DNA of 64,000 nucleotides from the NCBI RefSeq assembly GCF_024521635.1, contig NW_026250421.1:372001-436000 (forward strand), in the 5' to 3' direction. The position numbers and the translations under genes are program-made. The notes under the pieces are model-generated. The model worked only from the letters and a program-made list of their open reading frames with translations, searched no databases and was not told the origin of the DNA. Positions 24,317 through 35,131 of the stretch are shown here, piece after piece. Each line of letters opens with the position of its first letter. Position 1 is the stretch's first letter. This stretch comes from Tricharina praecox. Its lineage: Eukaryota.

Positions 24317-26865
24317 TCAAATGAGGCCAGCCCAATGAGCCGCAAGCGACAAACCGGCCCCGGCCCACAAACACAAATCTACCGACAGGCTCACCTCCCC
24401 CACCTTGAGTCTCTTGGTGGACGATTGCTCGTCCACCTCAACTCCCCCTGCAGGCTCTTCCTCCCGTCCTCTCTTACCCCTAGTCGCCACCATACCCTCA
24501 CCACGACTCTCCCAGCGGGGATGCCGCTCTCGAAAGTTCTTCAAGAGGGCATCCCCACCCTCGCCAACGAAAAAAGGAGGCGGAGGACGAGAGAGCCTTG
24601 GGCGGGCATTCTGGGGACGAGGGAGAGAGGGAGGGCGTTGGACCGGCTGAGCCGTCCCCTTCACGGGAGTCGGTCCGCCAGCCTGGCTCAAGTACCGCTT
24701 GTGTACTTCAGCCAGCGAAAGGCATTTGGCTTCGGCAAATGCCCCCGCTCTGGCCTGGCGGACCTCCTCGGCACGTATCTGCCGCTCCAACGCCCTAGCC
24801 TGCGCCTTCGCACGGCCAAACTCCTGTGCATGGCGATCCTCGAGCAATTGCTGCTCTCGGGCGAACAAGAATTGCTGCTCTTGCTCGCGGATCACCTGCT
24901 GCTGGTGTTTCATGGCCGTGCGAAGCGCTTCGACCTCTTGTTGCGCGGCAACAAGAGTTTCCTGATCAGCGAGCTCCACCTGCCTCTGCTCGGCAGTGGC
25001 TCGCATCTCCAGCTGCTGCTGCTGCACAAATTTAAGCCTCTGCTGCTCCTGGCGCGCCAGCTCCGCCAACATCTGCTGGTAGTGTATTTGCTGCTGCTGC
25101 TGTGATTGCTGCTGCTGGAGTTGTTGCTGCTGCTGAAGTTGCCACTGGACTTGCTCCTGGAGTTGCTGCTGCTGGGATTGCTGCTGCAGCCGCTGCAGTT
25201 GCTGCTGGAATTGCTTCTGCGGCTAGAGTTGCTGCTGCTCGAGTTCCTGCTGGACGTACTGCTGCTGCTGCTGTAGTTGCTGCTGGACTTTCCCCTGCTG
25301 CTGTAGTTGCCGCTCGACTTCCTGCAGCACCTGGAATTGCTGCTGCGGCTCGAGTTGCTGCTGCTCGAGATGCTGTATGGCGTACTGCAGCAGCAGCTGT
25401 AGTTGCTGCTGGACTTTCCACTGCTGCTGTAGTTGTCGCTGGATTTCCTGCAGCACCTGGAATGGCTGCTGCTCGTGGAATGGCTGATGCTCCTGGAATT
25501 GCTGCTGGATGTGGTGCTGCTGCTGCTGTAGTTGCTGCTGGAGTTTCCGCTGGTCTTCCTGCATCTCCCAGATCTGCTGCTGCTGCTGCTGCTGCTGCTG
25601 GAATTGCTAGTGAGGATTGGTACGACACCAATCTCATGACTGGGGCGACTGGGTACGAACCTGCGTGGCCTGGGGCGCACGTTGAAGAGGAGGCGTTGGC
25701 TGAGCCTTGAGGGGTCCTTGATGCTGCTGATGCTGTGGTTGCTGCTGCTGTGATTGCGGCTGGAGTCTCTGCTGCTGCTGGATTCGCTGCTGCTCCTGGT
25801 GTTGTCGATGCTGTCCGACTTGCTCCTGGACTAGCTGCCGTTGCTGCTCGAGTTCCTAACGAGGGTTAGTAAGATGTCAATCTCCTGACTGAGGCGACTG
25901 GGTACGAACCTGCGTGGCCTGGGGCGCACGTTTACGTGGAGACTTTGGCGGAGCCTTGATGGGTCCTTGATGCTGCCGCCGCTGTGGTTGCTGCTGCTGT
26001 GATTGCTGCTGCTGGAGTCTCTGCTGCTGCTGGAGGCGCTGCTGCTCCTGGAGTTGTCGCTGCATCAGAAGCTCCAGCTCGACTTGCTGACGGACTTGCT
26101 CCTGCTGCTTCTGGAGCTACGGAAAAGAGTTAGCAAGAAGTCAATCTCATGATTGAGGTTGCTGGGTACGAACCTTCATCCAACGTGGCGATTGTTGCTG
26201 AGGAGACTTTGGCTGAGCCTTGATGGGTCCTTGATGCTGCTGAATCTGTGATTCCTGCTGGGGTCGCTGATGCTCCTGGAGTTTTCGCTGCTCCTGGAGT
26301 TTTCGCTGCTCCTGGAGTTGCTGGACTTGCTGCTGCTGCTGCTGCTGCTGCTGACGAGTATTAGCAAGAAGCCAATCTCATGACTGAGGTTACTGGGTAC
26401 GAACCTGCGTGGCCTGTGGCGCACGTTGACGAGGAGGCTTTGGCTGAGTCATGACTCTGGGTCCAGGTCCTTGAGGCGGCCACCGCTGTGTTTGCTGGAG
26501 CTGCTTGAGTTGCTGCTGCTCGCGTTGATACTGCTCGAGTTGCTGCTCCTCGATTTCATCCTGCAGCTTTAGTAGCATCTCCACTTTTTGCTGCATCTTT
26601 GATATCAGCTTGGGTGTCAGCAGATATTGCTGCTGCTCGAATTGCTGGACTTGCTCCCGCAGTTGCAGGAGATACTTGAGATGCTGCTGCTCTGGTGTTT
26701 GCGGCTGGACTTGCTCCTGCTGCTGCTCGAGTGGCTTATGAGTGTTAGTAAGAGAAGGCAATCTCATGACTGAGGCGGCTAGATACGAACCTGCGTTGCA
26801 AAAGGCCTACGTTGAGGAGGACGTTTTGGCTGAACCTTGAGGAGTTTATTGACGCAAGAAGTCAT
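24317..26865 (-). CDS. Glutamine-rich low-complexity/coiled-coil protein, 6 exons (26865-26791, 26734-26405, 26350-26174, 26116-25910, 25855-25661, 25606-24317), interrupted by one in-frame TAG at 25225-25223
   Basis: Five 54-57-nt phase-0 introns all begin GTTCGTA and end in AG. Exons 1-5 are 75, 330, 177, 207 and 195 nt and join into one Q-rich frame starting MTSCVNKLLKVQPKRPP. The same frame continues past the TAG to TGA at 24317. It may be a truncated allele or a pseudogene. Confidence 0.65.
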
Positions 26866-28183
26866 GGTTAAGAGCGGTCGAAGTGTGTTGTACTAAGACG
26901 TGAAGGGTCGAAGTTGTGGGATGTCTGAACCGGAGAAATTAGAGTCGGTTGTGTGGTGGAGAGTGAAGAGGAGAAGAAGAAGGAGGAGGAGGAGGAGGGG
27001 GAGAGGTAGAAGAAGATGAGTGCACATCTTGGCTAGTTGTGCGGCGAAGCTCAACACGCTAGCGTTTTTATCATTATTCACTCCAACGGCCGCCCAATTA
27101 AGACGGAGGCCATGCATAGACTGTCACTCGAGAGTCGGTGCGTTCGTGTAACTTCAAGCTATTTTCTTCGACACTCAACGACAGGAAAATAAGCTATGTA
27201 GCCGATTGCTTTGTTAAAGCCTCGGGCTGATGTGATAATAGTAATACATATGAGAGCAAAATGTAATTATTTAGGACATAACCGGCTCGTTCATTTGGTT
27301 TCACGATTCGGCGATTGAGGAAATGCCCACGAACCAGCATGCCCTTATCCCAGGAAATTGCGGCACATATTTCATAATCTTAGGCTGCCAGGTGATCCTT
27401 ATTCAGGTGTTAGTTCGATGTTTTCCGCAACCTGAATGTTTTGTCGTTCAAAGAACCAGATGGTTGCGGTTGGCCATGGTACCGTGAATTGTGAAGTGTC
27501 GAACAAAATATATTCATAATACTCTGTTGTGTCAAGCTTATACTGTGACAGTCGGCTTCGCTACGCGGCTGTCTTTTAGCCCACAGCACAAGTACCGCTA
27601 TATCACTTTGCCTCGAGTTCTAGATTCAACTCCCAAGGATCGACCACCAGAGCGAATCGAGAGCTGGAACAGTCAATTTTGGCATCATTTCAGAAACGTC
27701 GCTTCTTGCTGCTGAGCGGGTTATTGGTGGTTGAAATTCAGTTGTTTGGTTGCAGAATTGGGCGGATATAAGTAAATACGTTAAAGATTAGGTGCCAGCA
27801 GCAATCGCTGGCAACTTTATGTGCACGGGCTAAACATCGGAGGGAAGTATGGTAAAGTATACAGAATTATCTTTCAATGTTCTTGAATGACAGCCAAAAG
27901 TGATACCGAGCCGTGCATACCGTGCGACTGCCGGCCGCTGCTCCGATATGCTCGAATGAAAATTGCGCCACACTGTATGTGTGACTACGCTAGTGTCATC
28001 ACCAGCCACAGCCACTGCTGGCGTCACTGCCCCACCTAACCAACCGACAAGAACAAGCTCAGCTCAGCACCATTCCCACCACACCCCCTCGCAAGCCGAC
28101 TCGTCACAGCCGCCTCACCTCATCGAATTACCCCCTAATTCTTTTTTCGTGAACTACATACTTCCTAGTAGTTGCCAATCGTC

Positions 28184-30156
28184 ATGTGGGAAGACAACAA
28201 CCCTCTCTCATATGATGAGTCGCCTACGGAGTCGCACTTCCCGGCGTACGATGAAGATCCATCTCCCCCGGCTTCCCGCGACTCCAACGACGACCATGGA
28301 CCGCACAACTTCATTACTCGCGCCAACCGCACTCCTTCCGAGCATTCTCGGAAGCCTGCCGACGACTCTGACGACGAGGAGGATGAGGAGTACCGACGGA
28401 TGAGGAAGGAGAAGGGTTACAGCTCTCGCGTTGAGCAGATGCTACTCGAGGACAAGAACGTGCCGATTGTCATCGCCGACGCGGGGAAAAATCACGAGGG
28501 CAGTGGAGGGTTCATCGTCTATACTATCTGCACAGGGGTGAGGATCTGCAATGCTTTCGCGATAGCTTCCCGAAGCTCTGAACGAGCTTGACTATAGACG
28601 CTGATGGGACATAGGACCTTGAAGTTCGCCGGCGATACTCAGAGTTCGAGTCTCTGCGAAAAAACCTGTCGCTTCTACATCCTTGCCTTATTGTCCCGCC
28701 AATTCCGGAGAAGCATCAGGTTTCGGATTACGTCGCGGCGCCTACCAGCGCGAAGGAGAACGTCAACATCATCGATCATCGCAAACGGATGCTGGGGGTT
28801 TTCCTGCAGCGATGCGCTCGGATGAAAGAGATTCGATATGATAGTGTATTTCAACGCTTCTTGGACCCTAATGCGAGCTGGGTATGTACTGCTTTTCCCG
28901 CTTGAATGGTACGAAGAGCGCTAAGAGTATTGCAGAGTGAAGTGATTATGTCGCCGCCGATTTCAACACTCCCCAAGCACCACCTCCGTGCTCCACCTCT
29001 TAACCCCTCGGAACCATCGCATGCGCATCAGTTTCTCCCCATACCATCCGCCTCAGCCAAACTCAAGCCCAACAATAGTCCTCCGTCGACTTCTCACGGC
29101 AACCCTCCTGGAAACTTTGGCCGCTTCCCACCGCTGAATCATAATCTCGCGGAATCCGAGCTCGACCCGTACTTTAACAACTACGAGGCCTCTACCAGGG
29201 CTTATGAAGCCCTGCTTACTGGATCAATCGAGCGTGTGAACCGTCGCATCCTGAAGCGACTGCAAGAATTGTCCTTGGATTACAATGAGCTTGGCGCGAG
29301 ATATAACGCGTGGTCACTCTCGGAATCTGGAGACCTAGTAACTGCCATCGAGAAGGTTGGACAGGCGGTGGATAGCACGTACATTGCGACCGAACAGCTC
29401 TCGACTGTTCTCGGAAGTAGCTTCGCCGAGCCTCTGCGCGAGAGTGCACAGTTTGCCGGTGTTGTCCAGAAGGTGCTGAGGTACCGAGTTCTGAAGCGTA
29501 TACAGGAAGATATGACGCGAGACACGCTTTCGCAGAAACGGTCACTGCTTGAGAGTCTGGAGAAATCTGAGAAAGAGGCCAAGAGAATCGAGCAATATCT
29601 TCACGGTGGTAGCTCTCACGGCTCTCCTAGGACATCTAGTGATCGGGATAGCAGCGGTGGGAGAGATCCCGAAATCGAGTCGCTCGATTCCGCTGATGAA
29701 TCTTCCGAATTCCCGCCGACGCACGAGAATACCCGGCCACGCAGAAAGTCCACTGCTGGACGCTCTCCGACTTCAGCAGCTGGTCATAAGAAGAGCAACT
29801 CGTACTCGGCGGCGCCCAGCACCTCCTCTAATATCTTTGCTAAAGGTTTCGGGAAGCTGAACTATGCCATTCACGGGATTGTCGATGTCGATCCGGAACG
29901 GACTCGGCGAGACAATATCGGCAAAACACGCGAGTTAATAGTGCAGCTGGAAGGGGCAGAGAAAGCGGTGGAGAAGGATGTGGAGGAGGCCGGTAGAGCG
30001 GTATTAAAGGACCTCAGGCGGTTTCAATCGGAAAAGGTCAAGGATATGAAGCATGTCATGAGGGAATACGCAAAGGTGCAGATCGAGTGGGCGAAGCGCT
30101 GTCAGGAATCGTGGGAGGATGCAGAAGCCGAAGTGGTGAAGATCCAGCCCAGATAG
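28184..30156 (+). CDS. SNX41: Sorting nexin-41 / Atg20-like PX-BAR protein, about 613 aa, 3 exons (28184-28537, 28615-28881, 28936-30156)
   Basis: Splicing gives a PX domain (FIVYTICTG-DLEVRRRYSEFESLRKNLSLLHPCLIVPPIPEKH...IIDHRKRMLGVFL...RFLDPNASW-SEV), followed by a BAR-type helical region and the IHGIVDVDPERTRRDNIGKTRE motif typical of Snx41/Atg20. Splice sites are canonical GT-AG. Confidence 0.92.
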
Positions 30157-30602
30157 GATTGGGCGGATCAGGGTTTTGCTACTTCGAGCATTATTCTGGT
30201 TCCTGATGCTTCGAAATCTATGGAAGTTTTTGCTGCTTCGATGCCTATACTAGTTCCTACTCCACGGCATGTGGGAGTAGATCTTTTAGACTCGGATTGG
30301 GATATTTGTAGCAGCCCGTCATTGTAGTGGATTGATTGGGTTTTGTCTTGCGTTTTGTGCTTGCTTTGCGACGGTTTCTAGGGCGTGGGATGGAGGGCGG
30401 GAGAAATGTTTTGATATGGCTGGATGCCGTTTGGTCTTTGTACTTTGGGCAGTTTGGGGAATTGTATGTACATGGGTCGTAGTTTGTTTGCTTCGTTCGT
30501 GCTGCATCTCTGGTAGCACCTATGGTTCGGTGAATCGACATTTTTAGTGTAAAGTACGCATAATATACACGCGCCTTTCTCCCCATGTTTTGCCCTCCCA
30601 CT

Positions 30603-31046
30603 CTAGAAACCCGGGGGATTGACCCGCTGGCTGACCCTCGTCCATTTTGGTACCTCTGTTCACATCATTAGCCTCCACACTTCTACCAACATCCCAAGAG
30701 GAGAACCCACTGTGCAACCCCTTCCGGTACCCTCGCTCATTGCGCGCAAAGATTGTGTACTTGTCCTTGGGCTCCATCTCGGCCTCGGTCGGCATCTCAG
30801 CCTTCCATCGTTCCACCGCCTCAATGGTGACACCCTGCTTCTTCAGTGCGTTGTCGACACAATCCACGATCCGGTCGACTCGTCGCATGCGTTGCCGGTG
30901 GCGATATTTCTGCGGGGCTGACATGCGCCATGGGATTTTCCTGCGGCACATGTTAGCTACGGACCGAGGACACCGAGGCGATATGGAAAGTAGTACCAGA
31001 GGAGACCGCCGAGGAGGGGCTGTGAAGGTTTGAATGCGCCGAACAT
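30603..31046 (-). CDS. MRPL31: Mitochondrial 54S ribosomal protein L31 (mL60), 110 aa, 3 exons (31046-30997, 30940-30711, 30655-30603)
   Basis: The spliced product [39 protein letters not shown]...MPTEAEMEPKDKYTIFARNERGYRKGLHKVPKWTRVSQRVNPPGF is the characteristic fungal YmL31 sequence. Confidence 0.95.
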
Positions 31047-31460
31047 GGTGGTGCGCTGTGGGCGAAGTGCGGGCTGTCTCGCGTCGTGAGGGCGGAGGTG
31101 TTTGTTGGTCGGCAAGCAAAGTTGGCGGCTCAAGGATGAGTCAGCGGATTGGCCCGTTTCAGCCAGAACTAAATTTCTGTGTAGCACACCGAGCCGTTAG
31201 TTTAGTGGGGCAAGGGAAGGAAAAGAAGAACACCCAACTCCGTCCCCGACCGGCCTGCTCAAACCAACCACGTCGACTGTATCGTCTAGGATGAATTGAT
31301 GTATTCTTGCAGAGAGATTGACGATAATGCCCTCCCGCCGTTACTTCTAGAATACTAAGGAAACCGGAATCCACGAATCGATCCCCTCAGAAGCAAAAAA
31401 AGGGCACCACATGAATCCAACGATCCGCAGTCCTCCGGAGCACTTTCTGTTATCCCGTTT

Positions 31461-33737
31461 ATGCGTCGCACCGTGCAGAGCCTTGTCGCTGCCCGGCATC
31501 TCCTGCTGCCGCCCCCGTCGTCCCCTGTCGCCGTCTCGAACTCTGTCGCCGTCCGCTACCACCGCAGCCCTACGATGACATTGGCCCTGATGGGGTGGGG
31601 GAGTGGCTGGGTATGTGCCGACTGCCGCCGGCATATCTCCACCGAATCATCCACCTCTACTCATCTGTCGACGACACAGCAGCAGCGAAGGAAACCCGGA
31701 CGGAGGGGTACGCACACGCTTTCCCACGAGTTTGAGGAGCTGGGGGTTGTTTGGGACGGTGCGACGCAGAGACCGAAGAAGCGGCCACATCAAGGGCAGA
31801 CTGAGGATGCGAAGCCAACTAGAGCCCGGCTGGGGTTGCGGCCACTCTCGGAGTTTGTGGAGGACACGATGCGGTTATCGCCCGAGCTGCCAGGGAAGCT
31901 ACGGGAGAGGGTGCAGGATAGCTTTGAATGGCTACGGCGGGAATCCGATGTAACGGCGCCCAGTACCCATCTCCTCGTCGACCAACCCGATTACAGGAGG
32001 AATTGGGAGCTGTGGGAGAGTCTACTTGTGTTTAGAAAGCGGGTGTATCGGGAGCGTGGCGTGATGGATATGTGGAAGGGGATGCGGATGCGGGAGGTTG
32101 ATCTACCAACGCTGGGAAGAGATTCCGATATTTTGTGGGGAATATTCTTGGAAACGGCGTTGAAGGATGACGCGTTTTTGGAGGAGCTGATTGATTACGC
32201 GCATGACCTCTCGGAGCGGACGAACGGGTTAAGACAGTGGTCACGGCTGTACGATCAGATTATCCTGCATCATCTCGTCAATCTGTCACCGAGAACACTG
32301 GCCTGGCATTGGCGACTGTTTCCCACATTCACATCACGGTCGTGGGCCAGACTTTTTGCGAGGGCGACTGAAATGCAGCCGGATAAACTGGGACAGGATT
32401 GTGGGCGAAAGATTCATGCGACGGTATCGAACCCGAGGGCATATGAGGGAGTGATCCGGTACCTGTGCAGTAATGAGCAGTTCCTCGAAGCATTACATTG
32501 GCATCGACATTTCCTTTTGTTCTACGACCTACCGCCAGACTCTTCGGCGGCTGATGAGTTAGTGGCATGGACGGCGAGCACAGGCTCAATACGCGAACTG
32601 CAGTCATTGCTCTGGAGTTTACATTCCGCGGGAATAAAGATGGTCGAGTCCACTTTTGTGGCTGCAATCACTCAGAGGCGAGCACCAGCCGAGGCAATCG
32701 ATATGTTGCTCGGGCCCGAGTGCGGTATCTCCATCGAAGCCATGGGAGACACATTCTGGAGTGCCCTGTTCGAGACGTCACTCTCGCCTACCGAGGTATT
32801 TGAGTACGCGCTGCTGCACGGTAAAGGGTGCGTCGTAGGCGTGGCGACACTGTGGAAAGCGATGGGAGCGCTTGACCGTGGTATGAAAGATACAACGCGT
32901 ATGCTGGAGCTCGCTGGGCTCGTTGTACAGCTGGAGGTCGCCGACCTTGAGACGTTATCTTCTAACGCATCGGTCCAAAAACCGAACCCCCACTTTAAAC
33001 CAAACGAGACGTTACAAATCCTCCTCCGAACCCACCAAATCCGCGCTGCCTTAAGCTTTGTTCAAATCTTACAAGACAGGGGAATCCCGCTCTCCTCGGG
33101 CTCCATCACCCTAATGGTGGAAACACTACTTCGGCCTCGACGTCCCGGAAAGAACCCCTTCAGCGGACCACACATATTTCCGCCGGGTAAAGACATCGAC
33201 ACAGTGATAATGCTTCTCCTCTCACTCCATCGTTCTGGAACCAACATCCCACCACATACCTGGAGCGAACTATTCCGACGCTTAGGCAAGACGCAACGCC
33301 TCCACGAACTTGAAAGACTAATCTTCGCGCTCATCGGTATCTACCGCCGCCCGAATATCCCGGTCACGAGCAAGGCCAATCCCCTCCGCCGAGTGTTTGG
33401 CCCTAAGCTTTTGAGGGCCCTGGTCGAATGGGGTTTCCTCCACCAAAGGAAGCGCACATGGGGCGTCACTCTTGTGCGGAAGATGCGCGATTCGGGTGTG
33501 CACGTCGATAATAAGAGTGTCGCCCGTGCGGTTAGGGTTCGAGCTAGGGCATTAGATCTAGAAGTGCAGAAGGCGGGGGAGTTGCTGAAAGAGGTTGTGG
33601 AGGAGTGGGGGGAGGGGCTAGGGAGCGTTGAGATTCTCATGAAGGATATAGAGGAGTGGGAGAGGTTGGAGTGGGAGAGGGAGGATGCGGAATGGGTAGG
33701 ACGGGAGTCGAGGGTGTATAATTGTCGGTCTAGATAA
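31461..33737 (+). CDS. 758-aa intronless alpha-helical protein, probable mitochondrial pentatricopeptide-repeat-like RNA-binding protein
   Basis: Long uninterrupted ORF with an Arg/Ser-rich, acid-poor N-terminus resembling a mitochondrial presequence. It contains PPR-like helical segments (AYEGVIRYLCSNEQFLEALHW; PHTWSELFRRLGKTQRLHELERL; LVRKMRDSGVHVD). The family assignment is inferred from pattern. Confidence 0.7.
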   Translation: MRRTVQSLVAARHLLLPPPSSPVAVSNSVAVRYHRSPTMTLALMGWGSGWVCADCRRHISTESSTSTHLSTTQQQRRKPGRRGTHTLSHEFEELGVVWDGATQRPKKRPHQGQTEDAKPTRARLGLRPLSEFVEDTMRLSPELPGKLRERVQDSFEWLRRESDVTAPSTHLLVDQPDYRRNWELWESLLVFRKRVYRERGVMDMWKGMRMREVDLPTLGRDSDILWGIFLETALKDDAFLEELIDYAHDLSERTNGLRQWSRLYDQIILHHLVNLSPRTLAWHWRLFPTFTSRSWARLFARATEMQPDKLGQDCGRKIHATVSNPRAYEGVIRYLCSNEQFLEALHWHRHFLLFYDLPPDSSAADELVAWTASTGSIRELQSLLWSLHSAGIKMVESTFVAAITQRRAPAEAIDMLLGPECGISIEAMGDTFWSALFETSLSPTEVFEYALLHGKGCVVGVATLWKAMGALDRGMKDTTRMLELAGLVVQLEVADLETLSSNASVQKPNPHFKPNETLQILLRTHQIRAALSFVQILQDRGIPLSSGSITLMVETLLRPRRPGKNPFSGPHIFPPGKDIDTVIMLLLSLHRSGTNIPPHTWSELFRRLGKTQRLHELERLIFALIGIYRRPNIPVTSKANPLRRVFGPKLLRALVEWGFLHQRKRTWGVTLVRKMRDSGVHVDNKSVARAVRVRARALDLEVQKAGELLKEVVEEWGEGLGSVEILMKDIEEWERLEWEREDAEWVGRESRVYNCRSR

Positions 33738-34801
33738 CATCTGTTGGCATTCAGGTTAGATTGAAGATGTATCATGTACATATGTATGGCTAAAATACTA
33801 GGTTTTGGCCCGACCGTTCGTAATACCAGCACTGGGCGCCTTACCTGTCTCCTATGCACTGGAGATGGTGGCTGGTGAGGGCACGTTCGATTCTAAGCTG
33901 GGAGAACCTGGCGACAGTCTTCCTTCCCCCGCCTCTTTTCCGCCTGCCTTTCTTCCCGTTTCTTGAGCTCTCACTCGGAGACCTCAGTTGCTGTGTTGTC
34001 CTTAGTGATCTCGGAGATCTGCCTGCCCACAGCAGTGGTCGCGAGAGCGCCCAAGATGGCCTGGCTGCACCGCTCGTCTGCGGAGAGTTTTCGAATCTTG
34101 AAGCGATACTTGCCCCTCCCGCCTCCTTCCGAATCGGTATGTGACAGTCTCCGGTTTGTTTTTTGTTTAATCATCATTGAATTCGACCTTAGTAGATCAT
34201 GGTAGATTACATATTCTTTCCACCTAGCTGTCCCGGACCGCTGGCCGGCCTCGAGCTCAATACCGGTTCCCCATTGCTCTCCGCCCAGCCCTCCCGCCCA
34301 ATCCCAACGCAACACCAGCAGGAAAGATAGAAAGAAGGAAGTTGAAAGAAAGAAAGAAAGTATTCGAAGTCAGTCTAGTTTTCGTCCCATCTAACCACCT
34401 GTAAGCTCAACAAAGAAATCTAGTTCCTCGTCCCTGCCACTCGTACCGTTATCTATGTACTCCGCCAGTCGTCCATCTGCTCGCTCATCCAGAATCCTCT
34501 TTCTCACCCTGGCTCTTACTGTGTCCCAGTCTATCAAGCTGCTAACAGTCTTTGGTATTCAGTCTGTACATTCAACGTTACCGTTGAGCCGAGTGATAAT
34601 TAATGATATTCCTTCTATGATCTACCTATATGGATCGCGACGGCTTCGCAGTGCCCCATTGGAGAGCCGGCACCCTCCCACTCCTTATTTAACCAGCTCT
34701 AGCCCCAGTTCGACCTCCCCTCCCCATATCTTACTTTCACCAACTAAACCTCAGACCCAACTTCACTCCTTGTCAAAAAACTAGTCTAGTTACACACCAC
34801 A

Positions 34802-35131
34802 ATGTCCGAACCCGAGCGCCTCGTCTGTTGCGTCTGCAAGCGCCGCTACAGCGTGGCCGTCACCTACTTGTCCACAAGCGCCTGCCGCTACTGCCGCCAC
34901 AAGGCTAAGAACGATGGTGGCGGGGGCGGGAAGTGCTGCCATGCGCCTATCCCAACCCTTACCACGACGCCAGAGCCACAGCGCCTCGTCTGTTGCCTTT
35001 GCGAGTGGCGCTACGGCGTGACCTCTATATACTTGTCCACAAGCGCCTGTCTGTACTGTCACCATAAGCCCGGCGAGGGCAGAAACTGTTGCCGTCCGGC
35101 TGATGGGCCGTCTACCGTGACGGATACCTAG
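34802..35131 (+). CDS. 109-aa Cys/His-rich protein made of two tandem putative metal-binding repeats
   Basis: Good start context (CACAATG) after a pyrimidine-rich leader. EPxRLVCCxCxxRYxVxxxYLSTSACxYCxHK...CC occurs twice with all Cys/His conserved while the intervening residues vary. Confidence 0.7.
   Translation: MSEPERLVCCVCKRRYSVAVTYLSTSACRYCRHKAKNDGGGGGKCCHAPIPTLTTTPEPQRLVCCLCEWRYGVTSIYLSTSACLYCHHKPGEGRNCCRPADGPSTVTDT

Noticed and set aside
25223..25259. GTACGT...CTAG as an intron removing the premature stop
   Set aside because: Only 37 nt long, with no branch site, and it would shift the frame.
24910..25710. Long poly-Ser and poly-Ala ORFs (24910-25680 -, 25032-25637 -, 25102-25710 +) and 24335-25105 +
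   Set aside because: These are shadow frames of the CAG-rich poly-Gln gene. Splice phases support only the Gln frame.
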